A stretch of 63,641 nucleotides of DNA, filler included, from Folioceros fuciformis (lineage: Eukaryota): assembly GCA_049999805.1 (NCBI GenBank). It is 6 parts of 6 records of this genome, joined end to end, with 100 filler letters (N's around TTAATTAATTAA, not from the genome) between each part and the next. Parts side by side here need not be neighbours in the genome. Positions count along the whole stretch, not along the records: positions 1 to 10,390 come from JBNGIO010001387.1; positions 10,491 to 31,675 come from JBNGIO010001388.1; 4 more parts are not named here. One strand, written 5' to 3'. The notes under the pieces were generated by a model. It searched no databases. It had not been told where the DNA came from and saw only the letters and a program-made list of their open reading frames with translations. Below, one piece after another: positions 1 to 12,039 of the stretch; position 1 is the first letter of the stretch; every line of letters starts with the position of its first letter. The position numbers were made by a program, and so were the translations under genes.

Positions 1-159
1 GCTGGCAACATAGTTTCATTCTTACACAAACATACAATAAATCAATGACTTCATAAGTTATGACGACAGCAATAATAATAGCCATAAGCACGAGGCTAGC
101 AAGCTAGAAGATTAGGTTAGTTTAATATAACTGATAGTTTAATAAACTTTACTAAAGAA

Positions 160-225
160 ATAGTCACTTAAAAAGTCACTAGTCACTTAAAAAAGTCACT
201 TAACTAGTCACTTAAAAAGTTATAA
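160..225. repeat. Short AGTCACT(TAAAAA) tandem array in AT-rich DNA
   Basis: AGTCACT occurs about six times in ~65 bp. The reverse complement TAGTGACTTTTT also occurs near 12020. Confidence 0.6.
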
Positions 226-673
226 CTAGTTTTTAAGTCTCATTTATGCAAGTACATACATGAAAATGTATACCAAAAAATTTCTACTAAACCAAAAAAT
301 TTATCTACGTCTGAAACTCCACTTTATGCGTGAAAAGGCTAACAATAAATGGGCCAAGTCCTTCACGAGCGAGGTTAAGTCACCTAGTTGCACAAATAGT
401 AGAATGAGATCGTGAAACGACATTCCACAGTTCTAGGGTTCGAAGTGACCCAGAGGCTGGGCATCACTTGCGAGTGTGAACGGGGTTTCAAGCTATACAG
501 GGTGACCCAGCCTCACCAGACGCATGGGTCACTTGTTGAGGTACACACTGTGCTTTCTCCAGCTTGGAAAGGCCCTGTTTCAGCCTTGCTGGACTCTGGT
601 GGTGCTTCTCATCAATCTGCGGATCGCAGATTTGACGTAGGCAAAGAGACATGCAACTCGAAGATCTTCTTTC

Positions 674-3600
674 TCATCCATCCCCGACTAGAAAGCTATG
701 CACCATTCCGTCCTCGTCTGTCCACCAGCTTTGACCTGGCTGCTTCCATGCCCCGATTCGTTTCCGCCTGCCCTGCATCTTCTGTGCCTGCTCCCACATG
801 TGAGCATCGATGTATATGTTCGACATCATCACGTAAGCTGCAGCATCTTTCTTGTCGAGCGTCACTGCTTCATGGAAAGCATGATGCCCCACCTCCACGT
901 TGGTCCACTTTCGGCAGGAACCCAACAGTGTGTGCCATACTGCAGCGTTTGGTGGTGCTGGCATTGTCTGTGCTACCGCCAGGGCTTCATCCAGTTGTCC
1001 TGTACGGCCGAGGAGATCAATCATGCACGTGTAGTGGTCTTCGGATGGAGAGATGCCATACTGACTGCTCATGGACCTGAAGTACTGTTGCCCCTTGCGC
1101 ACAACACCAGCATGACTGCAGGCTGTTAGTACACTAAGAAATGTTATGCTGTCAGGCAGTATGTTGTGCCCTCTCATTCTGGTTAGCAATTCGAAGACCA
1201 ATTCACTGTCTCCGTGACTGGTGTAGCTTGCAATCAGTGCATTCCAGGCGACGATGTCCTTTACGGGCAACGAATCAAACACTTGCTGTGCGTCAATCAT
1301 GCTCCCGGACTTGCCATACATGTTGATCAGACTGCCGGCCACAGACACATCAGCTTGGAGCCCTTGTTCCAGAATCTGAGCATGTAGCTGCCTTCCCACG
1401 TACAAAGCTGCCACAGTTGCACATGCCTGCAGAAGGCACACGAAGGTTACGGAGTTGGGTACAGCCAGGCCTTCATCTTGCATAGCGCCGAAGATACGAA
1501 GGGCTTCCTGCCCCATGCCCTGCTGAGAATATCCTGCTATCATGGAAGTCCAAGTCACCACATCTTTGTGACCAAGCCCGTCAAACACATTTCGTGCACC
1601 TTCCAAGCTGCCACATTTTGCATACATGTTCACTAGACTGTTGCCCACGTACACATCAGCTTGGTGTCCCTGTTCTCTAATTTGCGCATGAATATGCTTT
1701 CCTGTCTCCAGCGCAGGGGTGCCCACATTGGCGCATGCCTGCAGAAGGCACACATACGTCACACTATTGGGAACACTCGAACCTCCTTCATCCATGACAC
1801 GGTAGAGACGGAGGGCTTCTTGGCCCATGCCCTGCTGCGAATATCCTGCTATCATGGCAGTCCATGTCACCTCATTTTTTTCAGCAAGTCCGTCAAACAG
1901 TTTCTGAGCGTCTGCCAAGCTGCCACACTTTGCATACATATGGATCAGACTACTCGCTACAAATACATCAGCTTCAAGCCCTTCTTCTCTGATGTGCGTA
2001 TGAAGCTGCTTACCCTTTGCCAATGCCATGGTGCCCACACTTGCACAGGCCTGCAGAAGGCACACAAAAGTCACAGAATTGGGTGCAGTCAAGCCATCTT
2101 CTTGCATTACAGTGTGGAGACGTAGGGCTTCTTGTCCCATGCCGTGTTGGAAATATGCTGCTATCATGGCAGTCCATGCCACCACAGTTTTGTGACTGAG
2201 TCCATCGAATACTCTCTGAGCGTCGTCCAAGCTTCCACACTTTGCATACATGTTCACCAAGCTGCTGGCTACGAACACATCAGTTCCGTGACCGTGTCTT
2301 ACAATATGCTCGTGAAGCTGCTTCCCCACCTCCAAAGCAACAGTGCCCACGCTTGCACATGCCTGCAGGAGGCACACAAATGTCACAGAATCGGTTACAG
2401 CGATGCCTTCTTCTTGCATCCGATCGTAAAGACGGAGAGCTTCCTGGCCCATGCCCTGCTGGGAATATCCTGCTATCATGGCAGACCACGTCACCGCATC
2501 TTTTTGCCCGAGACCATCAAACACAATCTGAGCATCCCCTAGGCTGCCACACTTAGCATACATGGTCACTAAACTGTTGGCAACAAACACGTCACAATGA
2601 TGCCCCTGTTCTATTATCTGAGCATGAAGATGCTTTCCCTTCTCCAAAGCTAGCGAGCCCACTGTTGCACATGCCTGCAGGAGGCACACAAATGTCACGG
2701 GATCGGGTACAACGATGCCTTCCTCTTCCATTCCACGGAAGACAAGTAGAGCCTCCTGGCCCATGCCCTGCTGGGAATATCCCGCTATCATTGCAGTCCA
2801 GGTGACCACATTTTTTTGGCCAAGACCGTCAAAGACTTTCTTTGCCTCCACCAAGCTCCCACACTTTGCATACATGTTCACCAAACTGTTAGCGACAAAC
2901 ACATCAGTTTGATGGCCACGCTCGTTGATTTGCCCATGAAGCTCCCTCCCCTTATCCAAAGCTGGCTTGCCCACACTTGCACATGCCTGCAGGAGGCACA
3001 TGAAAGTGACAGAGTTGGGCGCAGCAATACCCTCTTCTTCCATCGAACTGTAGAGACGAAGGGCCTCCTGACCCATGCCTTGTTGGGAATATCCTGCTAC
3101 CATCGCAGTCCAAGTCACCACATCTTTTTCCCCAAGTCCGTCAAACACTCTCTGAGCATCATCCAAGCTTCCACATTTTGCGTACATGGTCAGCAAGCAG
3201 TTAGAAGTAAACAAATCAGGCTCGACGCCACTGGCCAACACATCAGCATGCACCTGCTGCCCAGTTTTCAAGTCTGATCCCCTAGCACAAGCCTGAAGGG
3301 CTGCCACAAATACGTGGCCATCCGGCTTCACACCAGAGCTGCGCATCCGATGGTACAGTTCTATGGCCTGCTTATCTTGTCCGTGTTTCACATGAGCATG
3401 GATGATGGCAGACCACGTGAAAGCATCTGGGTTGGCCACTACATCAAAGACATCCATCGCGTCTTGCAACCTACCATGAGAGGCATACATCCGCAGGATG
3501 TGGAAGCCCAGGAACGTATCCGACTGATACCCCTTCTTCACCGTGAAAGCATGGATGCGGCTGCCCAGAACCAGATCCTTCTTCACTACACATTTCTTCA

Positions 3601-3985
3601 GCAACGTGTAAAACAGAGACTTGGAAATACAAAGATTTGTGTTAACCAGAACTTCCAAAGCGGCAACAGATTCAGTGAGACGGCCCTCAAGACATAACCT
3701 GGCCACGGTCTCTGCCGTCACGCCCATACCACAGCCTGAACGGCCAGGATCATCCGGCAAGCTCCTGTCAGGACCCATCTCCATATCCACATCGATATCC
3801 AGAGCAGCAACCTTCATCCCAAAGGTGATGCACGTCCCGACTTGGTTGTGGGTCAATGGTAGATTCCTTAAAATCAAGGAAGCGGGATCTCCCATTCCCG
3901 GTAATCGTTGATTCCACGAAGACTGTCCCCAGCTCGGACCCTTCTGCCATTTGCATGACTGGATTGCACTGCTCCCGACAGTCAT
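674..3985 (-). CDS. PLS-class PPR protein (PPR1), 26 PPR motifs + E1/E2 + WW-type PG box, no deaminase (E+-like organellar RNA-editing factor)
   Basis: Intronless ORF (ORF track begins at GTG 4000; first ATG is 3985). Repeating S (MYAKCGSL), P (VVTWTAMIAGY) and L (VTFVCLLQAC) motifs, then P2-L2-S2 (TACSHAG...HYTCMIDLLGR) and E1/E2. Ends WKQPGQSWWTDEDGMVHSFLVGDG*. Confidence 0.93.
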   Translation of the reverse strand: MTVGSSAIQSCKWQKGPSWGQSSWNQRLPGMGDPASLILRNLPLTHNQVGTCITFGMKVAALDIDVDMEMGPDRSLPDDPGRSGCGMGVTAETVARLCLEGRLTESVAALEVLVNTNLCISKSLFYTLLKKCVVKKDLVLGSRIHAFTVKKGYQSDTFLGFHILRMYASHGRLQDAMDVFDVVANPDAFTWSAIIHAHVKHGQDKQAIELYHRMRSSGVKPDGHVFVAALQACARGSDLKTGQQVHADVLASGVEPDLFTSNCLLTMYAKCGSLDDAQRVFDGLGEKDVVTWTAMVAGYSQQGMGQEALRLYSSMEEEGIAAPNSVTFMCLLQACASVGKPALDKGRELHGQINERGHQTDVFVANSLVNMYAKCGSLVEAKKVFDGLGQKNVVTWTAMIAGYSQQGMGQEALLVFRGMEEEGIVVPDPVTFVCLLQACATVGSLALEKGKHLHAQIIEQGHHCDVFVANSLVTMYAKCGSLGDAQIVFDGLGQKDAVTWSAMIAGYSQQGMGQEALRLYDRMQEEGIAVTDSVTFVCLLQACASVGTVALEVGKQLHEHIVRHGHGTDVFVASSLVNMYAKCGSLDDAQRVFDGLSHKTVVAWTAMIAAYFQHGMGQEALRLHTVMQEDGLTAPNSVTFVCLLQACASVGTMALAKGKQLHTHIREEGLEADVFVASSLIHMYAKCGSLADAQKLFDGLAEKNEVTWTAMIAGYSQQGMGQEALRLYRVMDEGGSSVPNSVTYVCLLQACANVGTPALETGKHIHAQIREQGHQADVYVGNSLVNMYAKCGSLEGARNVFDGLGHKDVVTWTSMIAGYSQQGMGQEALRIFGAMQDEGLAVPNSVTFVCLLQACATVAALYVGRQLHAQILEQGLQADVSVAGSLINMYGKSGSMIDAQQVFDSLPVKDIVAWNALIASYTSHGDSELVFELLTRMRGHNILPDSITFLSVLTACSHAGVVRKGQQYFRSMSSQYGISPSEDHYTCMIDLLGRTGQLDEALAVAQTMPAPPNAAVWHTLLGSCRKWTNVEVGHHAFHEAVTLDKKDAAAYVMMSNIYIDAHMWEQAQKMQGRRKRIGAWKQPGQSWWTDEDGMVHSFLVGDG

Positions 3986-4902
3986 GGCTCGCAAGAGCAC
4001 GGCCCGAGCCTAAGGATCCAAGATGAACACCACCTGCCGCATGAGGCTTGATGGACAAGAGCTTGAAACCACCAGGCAACGCCATCTGACAGGGCACATT
4101 CTTTACTAAGGCTCGATCATGTGTAACCGATTGTAAGGCATAGGTGCAGGGGCACGCACACAATCCCCTTTCAATGTGACATGAAATCTCTGAATATGTC
4201 GTAGGAAATCCTTGTGCTCCTTCACGTCCCAGAGCGCCATGGGACCTGGCAGCGACAGGGACAGGGGCAGTACATGTTTCAACGTCCCCTGCGAGGAACC
4301 TTTCTCTTTTCCGAAGGATAAGCCTCACTCCCCGGTGCAGAGATCACGACACGATGGGTAAACTTGTACAGTCTCCGATGCATAACTACAAATTGAATGC
4401 CCACGTCTGATAGACGCTCCAATTGCGCAGAGAAACAGGGCTTATCCGAGCATGCATGTCCCACAAATGATCCGTTGTTCGAGTAATGAGCTCGCTCCAT
4501 GCAGAGACGGGTAAATGTCGAGAATCTTGCATTGAGAAAGACTAGACCGATCCTCTTATGCCTCCGAGGATCGAATGTTTCCCCAACCTCACTGTTTCTT
4601 GTACACATGCAGACATAGCTTACATGTCGGACAAAAATAGCCGTCCCTTACAGGCGTGTAAAACTGTCTCCTGTACTAATGATCTACAAAAATTCACCTC
4701 ACCCATCCTCAGTAAGCATCAAAGCTCCGAAATCGAGTGTCGAATGGCCCCCGTTTTTTCCTGGTTGTTGTAGCCAGCAGATCTTCCCCCATTTCCTCTC
4801 CTCATGTACCCTCTTTTCTCACGAGAAGGCTACTCAGTACTGGCTTTGGCGCTGACAAGGGCGCATGTTCCTCAGATCCTTCCCACCTGCCCTTCAGATG
4901 GC

Positions 4903-6963
4903 TTAATCGAAACCGTCCTCCAAGCCAGAGGCAGCAAAATGCTGAAGCCGTTCGGGATCAAAAGTGTTTTTCATCTTTAACTGCAGCACAGTTCAGAGAA
5001 AATCTGGCGTGTCAGTGTAAGAACCGATAGCATTGCAGGCTGTAGCCTACATCATCGATAGTGTACGAAAATGAAATGACCTGCACCTGAACGTCTTGAT
5101 CCTCGTCGACACTCAAAGGATGAGGAGTCATTGTCTCCTGCGCCCATCACCCAAAAACCCGATAAGAACACTGTCTAGACACTAACTCCAAACAGCACGG
5201 GAACGTGGCTGTCTGGGTGGGGTGTCTGAGATTGTCAGTTCGTGGAGCAGCCTGAAGCGGTACCTTTAATCAGTTCACAAGCACGGAGCAAAGACGAAAT
5301 ATTTGAAGAAATACCTCCTTTCAGTCTTGGCAAAGTTTATTCTATTTGCTTCTCTGCTGCCTTCTGTAACTGCCCGTGAAGTTTCCTGACCGTCTTGCTA
5401 AGTGGCTCACGAATTTGTTTGCAGTAGTTTCAGGTCAGCTGCAAACACCGGATGACGTACCACGTATCACCAAATGCAGAGACCGCTGCATGCTGAAACA
5501 ACAAGTGTAGCATCAAGTTGGAAAACATAATGCAATTATGTACTTCAACATACTCTACATTTTGATGCTGTAGTCCTAGACAAGCAAGTATTTCTGCTTG
5601 GGAGTGGGAAAGAGTCAGTCATACGTCCCCGAACTGCAACCTTGCAAGATCTGATATAAGGCCCGAAATCTGCAACAACATGCAACTCCTCAGCGATCAG
5701 AACGTCATGGGAAACAACAAGGGTGTGAAAGAGCATGCGTCGGGGAAATGACCAATACAAACAAACCTGATGATGATCCACAAGGTTCCTGGCGTATGAT
5801 TCAAGCTGCTTCATGTCACAAGGGGTGAAGTGTCTGGCAGCAGTGGTGAAAACTCCTTGAACAATTATGACTTCCTTCCCTTGCTTCATGCTCAGAGAAT
5901 TCAAAATTCCGCACCAAGCATAAAGGAGCTGTCACATGGCTGAATGGAGTGGCAAGTTGACAAAAGATATTGTAGCAGAAACCTTCTGCATTATCACCGA
6001 CCGAGGGTAAAGAATCAAACCTTGAACGAAATGCAGGGATGATTATCCAGAACGTTTGATTCAGGTGGGCACATAAATCGCCTCAAAAAGACTGCAGAAA
6101 ATGTGTCTCTCATTAGACCTGGAACAAAGGCTACAAATCTCACACATTCCAAGCTTAAGCCGCAAGGACTTTGGATTCTCAAGAGATCAAACCAGAATTG
6201 AAAGGCTGATTGAGCTTGTGTGGATGTCATCGCTCTGCAAAGGTTTGAATACAACTCATCTACGTCGTCCTGTAATGTCACTCTGAAAATCCAACTTTCT
6301 TCTGTAAGGCACAATACTTCGAGACCAATTCAGAGACTCACAGGCCTTTGGCAGATATGAAGAACCACAAATTTAAGTTTTTCACAAAACTCGCAAGCAG
6401 ACTGAGTCAAAATGAGGCACCAGGGTGGTGGACTTTCCCAGGTATAGTGAGAAGGCATGGAATCCGTCATCAACTGTCACAAACTCACGGGAGCCAACAC
6501 ATCACGACTGCAACACCGCAAAGTACAGCACGAAGTTGAACGAGCAATATGCCTAAACACCAAGACATAGTGCCTGATCTTGACAGACGCCTCTGTAATT
6601 TTTACAACATCATCGACGACGTCAGCCGCATCTTCCCCCACTTCCTTCCATCTCACCCTTAACGAATCTTCAAAATGAAGCCATACAGTTAGCCTTCTGA
6701 ACCCAAAGTTCTGATTGATTGTCCAAGGAATCAGATCTCCTGGTGGCTGCTTGCCCGATCTTAAGCTCCTCATGGCTGACTACTTGAAAACAGCACCTTC
6801 TAGACAAACCTGAACATCCAAGTGATCCGACCATCAAGTATGAAAACCATAGCAACCAACTTGCAAGCAAGTGTAAAATCAAACATCTAGCCTGAAATCA
6901 CAACGGGAACCTGGAATACACCCAAAGTATCTAGGAGACGTCCTCTTCATACATCCCCCGGAC
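4903..6963 (-). pseudogene. NAT10: Degenerate, intron-containing 3' half of an RNA cytidine acetyltransferase NAT10/Kre33 gene
   Basis: Manual minus-strand translation gives NAT10-like blocks in the expected order: GPGDV*RGRLLDTLGVFQ / VCLEGAVFK*SAMRSLRSGKQPPGDLIPW / VKITEASVK / KVHHPGASF*LS / TPCDMKQLESYARNLVDHHQ / LARLQFGDV*LTLSHSQAEILACLGLQHQNVEYVE / IE*TLPRLK / MTPHPLSVDED / FDPERLQHFA. In-frame stops lie at about 6947, 6780, 6407, 5619 and 5337, plus frameshifts. The acetyl-CoA-binding segment (RIATHP...GYG) appears deleted. Confidence 0.85.
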
Positions 6964-7859
6964 CTACATACTGTACAACAAGTGTCAACCCGCAACATAC
7001 CCGTAGATATTCACATGACATCATTTTCTACTAGCATTGAAGAAAGAAAAGTGAGCAACCATACAGGCATGGCTGTAGCGATGTCGAAGGCGCTCAAAGG
7101 AGCGTTCCACCCGTTAGACTCTTCTCATGTCAAGATACTACACGGAACTCGGCATACGAGCTCCGTGTAAGCCTTGCCTACAACTGGATTTCTTTATTTG
7201 TGTTCGTGAGGGTACGATTCAAGAGTAGGAAGACGTCCTGGCCCTGTGAATGCTCGCTCAGCCGTCGTTATCCTCGCTGGCAGGGACCGGAGCCCGGGTC
7301 GGTGGCCCTTCCACGCTGTCTCACCCACTCAAGAGCAAGACCAGCGTTTCTCTCTCACCTGGCACCGGTAACCGGCTTGCGCACGTCACAAGTGGCGTGA
7401 CCACCTTGGCTTCTGTCGACAAGCGATTTTCTTCCTCCCCCAAGTAACGCATTCCCGACCTGTACAAGTTTGAAGTATATACCTAGGCATCTTCCCGTGG
7501 TGCCATTGTTGTAGGTATCATTCGAGCTCATTCATTCTCCTTGCAACACCCGGAGAACAACAATGTCTTTATCAGGTCTCCCATCTTTGCAAAGCATCAA
7601 ATCAATGCTGTGAAAATCAAGATAGGAAAAGGTGTACCTACTAACAGAATCGAAAAAGCCATTGCGTTCCACCTTCCATCATCCAATACACCACCACCTG
7701 CATGGCGATGGAGACGCTGCGCCTGCTAAACGCTATACTATGGAAAAGACATTTGTAAGAAACCTAGAGAGTAGATATGGATAAGTTGGTCTCCCTATTC
7801 ACGTACGATTGTATGTGAACCTTGCCACAAGGCGCCATGCATTTAAGTTAGGCATGTGT

Positions 7860-8645
7860 TCACGTAAGACATTCTCTCGGTAACACCTTCTCTTTTAGTG
7901 CATGTTGTGTTGTGAGAATGCACTTGATGTTGTGTAGGTAATACTTTCTCCTTTCAGTACATGTTGTGCTGTAAGAATGTACCTGATGTTCTGTGGGTAA
8001 GACCTTCTCCTTTACTGCATTTTGTGTTGTAAGAATGCACTTGATGTTGTGTAGGTAACACCTTCTCCTTCAATACATGTTGTGTTGTAAGAATGCACTT
8101 GACATTCACTAGGTAAGACCTTGTCCTTCTGTACATGTTATGTTGTAAGAATGCTCCTTACTGGTGTGCTTTGCAGATTCAACCACCGTGTTGTACCATT
8201 GTATGTGAACCTTGCCAGAAAGCCTCGTGCACATCGGTTGGGTGGTCTGTAGGTAACACATTCTCTCGGGAAGACCTTCTCCTTCAATACATGTGTTGTG
8301 ACCCTTGTCAGAACATCCCGTGCATATAGGTTAGGTGGTCTCCAGGTAAGACATTCTCCCAATAAGAGGTAAGACATTCTCCCAGTAAGACCTTCTCCTT
8401 CAGTACATGTTGTGTTGTAAGAATGCACTTGACGTTGTCTAGGGTAGACCTTCTCTTTCAGTACAAGTTGTGTTGTAAGCATGCACTAGACATTGTCCAG
8501 GTAAGACCTTCTCCTTTAGTACATGTCGTGGTGGAAGAACGCGCTTGCGTTCAGTACATGCTATGTTGGAAGAACGTGCTTGACGCTCTCTAAGTCTAGG
8601 TAAGACCTTCTCCTTCAGTACATGTTGTCTTGTAAGAACGCACTT
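7860..8645. repeat. Degenerate ~58-bp minisatellite
   Basis: Recurrent unit TAGGTAAGACCTTCTCCTTCAGTACATGTTGTGTTGTAAGAATGCACTTGA, about 10 diverged copies in two blocks. Confidence 0.8.
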
Positions 8646-10390
8646 GGCTAACTACCTTACCGTGCATGTAGTGCAAGATCTAGCGATATTGTAGGGAACC
8701 AACGAATCTTATGCAGATATTGGCAGCTAAAGAGACATTCTCCATCTCCAGGTATGGTTCAGTACATCATGCACGTCTACATTACAATCTACTGGTAGTC
8801 CAGACAAGATGAGTATGGAAGTTCGAAGCATTTGGGGAAGCCTTCTCAAGGTGTGGTCGAGTACAAAGTGCATTTGGCAACAAAGGTACAAGCGAATGAT
8901 GGAAGCATTTGTGTTACAACATAACACTTTGCTAATAAAGCAACGTAGCTAATCCTTGGGTTAATGGTGTTAAGAACTAAATGATGGATGGATTGTGTCA
9001 AATGTGGGTGCGCATGTACGTGGTTTGCGCGCAAGTTGAAGATGGAGACGAAATGTCCAGTTGGCTTGATGCCCAGTGGTCTCGCAGAAGCCCAAGCGAG
9101 GAGCGTGGAAGGCAGGAAGGAGAAGGCACAGGGCGCCGCGTGGCAAATAGGAGAAGGAAGAGTGGTGTGAAAGCGGTGGCATCTCACGGGGCCCACCACG
9201 GACCCAGGCCTGTCATCAACCGGTACATATGTTTGTTTAAAAAGAAGGGAAATTAGGGTCGTGAAGATACGGGCAGGGTTTGGGACAGGCCTAGGAAGGC
9301 GTTACAGATAAACAAACAACGCAATGATGCGACCAGGACGAGGCCGCAGCCACGTGATGCAGCCACACGCAAACTAAGGATAAAGTTAACTGCTCATGAC
9401 GCGGGCACGGCCTGAATTGGGGTCCTTGGCAAGGCCTGAGAGCCATTTGTTAGATTACTAATAAGTGGCAAGCTCCGCATTATTTTATGTTGGTGTTGCC
9501 AATTGCCAGCGTCCCTCTTGCCTTTCCTTGCTTCTGTCTTTGCTTCTTCTTCATTCCTTTGCTTGCTTGCGTCCTGCCATCCTTGCTCTTCCCTCATCTT
9601 AGCCTGCGCTGCGCTTCCCTTGCCTCTCCTTGCTGCCCTTGTTGCCTGCCATTCCCCATCCACTACGCACGCACGCGCTGAAGCGCACACGCTGCGCACT
9701 CACTCGCTGCACTGTCGCACACAGCCTTCCTTGTCTCCGCCTCAGCCTTCGCCTTCGAGCGTCTTGAGCAACCTGCCCGCCTGCCTGCCTGCCTGCCAGT
9801 CCGCCAGCCAGCCAGCCTGCCTGCCTGCTGCTTCGCCTCGCTCGCCTGCCACCGCCGCTCTCTCTCCCACTCGCGCTTCACGACCGGGCGCTGTACCCCT
9901 GTACTGTGGCCTTGTCGTGTCTTGTCCTGCCCCCGAGGCCGCCTCAGCCCCTGCCCGCGCCGCGTCCGGAGCGCGCCTGCCGCTCGCTGCGCTGTCACGC
10001 TCTTCCTCGACTGCCGGTTCTGGTTGCAGTGCGTGATCCAAGACACGGAGACGGAGACAGTTCCGCTGCCGCTCGCCTGTCGGTGCATAATTGCGGATCG
10101 GGAGAAGTGGGGGAACCCGGGGATGGGATGCTGATTTGGGAGGAGGAGCGTGCACGCCTCTGCTCCCGATCTTGAAGCAGCTTGGTGAGAGAAGTGGGGG
10201 AAACTCTTTGGAAAGCACATTCATCGCCTTGGCTGTGTGGATAAGCTCAGCTGCGGGATCCCGGGTTTGGAAGCCTCCGCAGGTTTCTCCTTTACCTGCT
10301 TGTCATTCCGCGTGGAAGGTGGAGAAGGAGGAGCAGCAGCAGAAGCAGTACGGAGACCGCCAGGGCTGCTGCCGGGTAAGCGATCTGGGG

Positions 10391-10490
10391 NNNNNNNNNN
10401 NNNNNNNNNNNNNNNNNNNNNNNNNNNNNNNNNNTTAATTAATTAANNNNNNNNNNNNNNNNNNNNNNNNNNNNNNNNNNNNNNNNNNNN
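10391..10490. other. Artificial contig spacer (44N-TTAATTAATTAA-44N)
   Basis: Identical 100-bp spacer carrying a six-frame stop linker, found five times in the window. Confidence 0.97.
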
Positions 10491-12039
10491 CACGATCTCC
10501 ACCCACGTCTCGACGCGCTCCCGCACACCTTCAAATCTGACACAAACCCACCTTCCCTGATGCCCGCCTGCCTTGCCTGCAGCGGGCTCAAGTATGCCCC
10601 ACCGGACCCCACCCCACCACACCCTGCGCTTCCTCCCGCTGGCCCTGCACCCGGGCCCGACCACACACCACACCCACGCCACTCCTGCGCCACCAGGCGA
10701 GACAAAGGAAATTCACCCCACGTACGGAATCCGATTGCAGCCAATTCCGTCGTGTGTGTGTGTGAACAGCGCCTAAACCCACTTCTCGTGCCGACAGCGT
10801 CACAAACACGTATTGTGCCACTCTCCTCCCGCCTTCCCTTCCCTTCCCTTCCCTTAAGGCCCCTCCCGTTGCGGCTGCCGCTTCCTCCGCCCTCGGGTTC
10901 CCTCTCAACAACCCTACTGTACTATCCCGACGTTTCAACCACTTAAGTCCCTTTGAAAGCTCTGTCTGTCCCAGTAATAAACCCTGGACCTCTAGATCGG
11001 GTCGGCGTCCCGGCCATGGCCATGGCCATGGCAACAGAAACCACCTAATTTAGAATTTTGTTTTCGTGAAAAAACTCTGCTGGCCTTTGCCCTTTCCAGA
11101 CACCCGCCGTCCGCCTCTCGTTACAGACACTTGAGTAGATCCCAGTACCTTACTGTACTCTACCCACCTTTTCCCTGCATGCATGGGCCGTTGCGCCGTT
11201 TCATGGAAAGTGTGTACGTGGGCCCCACTCCCCCCCCCGATGGCCCCATGTCGTATCCCACCATGACATACATGAAAAAATAAACTACATGCCCACCACA
11301 CATTATCCGCATACTAGATATTACCGGCATACTGGGATATTACCGACACATTGGATATTATCGGCACACCGCATATTACCGGTATACCGGGCACATACCG
11401 TATATGGATATTTTCGCCTCCCCCTTTTGGCTCTACTCTAGGATATTTCGCCGTCCTTATGTGCCAACCAAAGCCCATGTTTTGTCATTTTCTGCATGAA
11501 TTAAAAGAAGAAGAGATATGTACTTGGCAATCTCTTTGTAATGGAATATACAAAGTACTTAGCTTGGCTACATCTTACCAATACAATTCAAACAACTTAG
11601 ATTCCTTCAAGATATCAGCACTTTCCTTGAGCTACTAATTTGGTGAGCATTTGGAACTTAGTGATGCCTATAGATTCTGGCAATCCTTGGGAAATGTTGC
11701 ACATGTTGGGTTGATCAAAAGATGCATTAGCATGTCACTGATGTGAGTACTCATATATTGGGTTGAACAATTGAAGTTAACATTAACAATGAGGAGAATC
11801 ATGTCATCATTTCTGTCATAGAAGTTCATCTTGTGTACTAAACAAGTGAAAATTTGAAACATTAGCTCTAAATTCAATGACAAGAACAGTTTCTTGGTCA
11901 TGGAACTTTATCATTCTTGATGACCTAATATACACAACCTCGCTTACTAGATCCTTGTATAACATGAAAGCTAGTTAAACAAGCTGGCCTCAGCTCAACT
12001 GGCCTCTAGTTGATCTGATTAGTGACTTTTTTGGTAAAA

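Noticed and set aside
412-3911. Many plus-strand ORFs overlapping the PPR genes (also 52324-55296 and 57339-61214)
   Set aside because: Antisense shadows of repetitive PPR coding sequence.
5337-6949. Idea that the in-frame stops in the NAT10 relic are repaired by U-to-C editing
   Set aside because: U-to-C editing is organellar. The relic also has frameshifts and a catalytic-region deletion, and at least one TGA replaces an expected Gly codon.
674-6963. NAT10 plus PPR as a linked cytidine-modification system
   Set aside because: NAT10 here is a broken partial copy and acts in a different compartment; adjacency alone is not evidence.
10391-10490. Recurrent TTAATTAATTAA palindrome within N runs (five times)
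   Set aside because: Assembly spacer with stops in all frames, not biological. It also means PPR1 and PPR2/3 cannot be assumed to be physically linked.
9394-11034. Overlapping GC-rich ORFs on both strands around the first gap
   Set aside because: Low-complexity (GCCT)n, promoter/5'UTR-like DNA. No recognisable domain and cut by the spacer.
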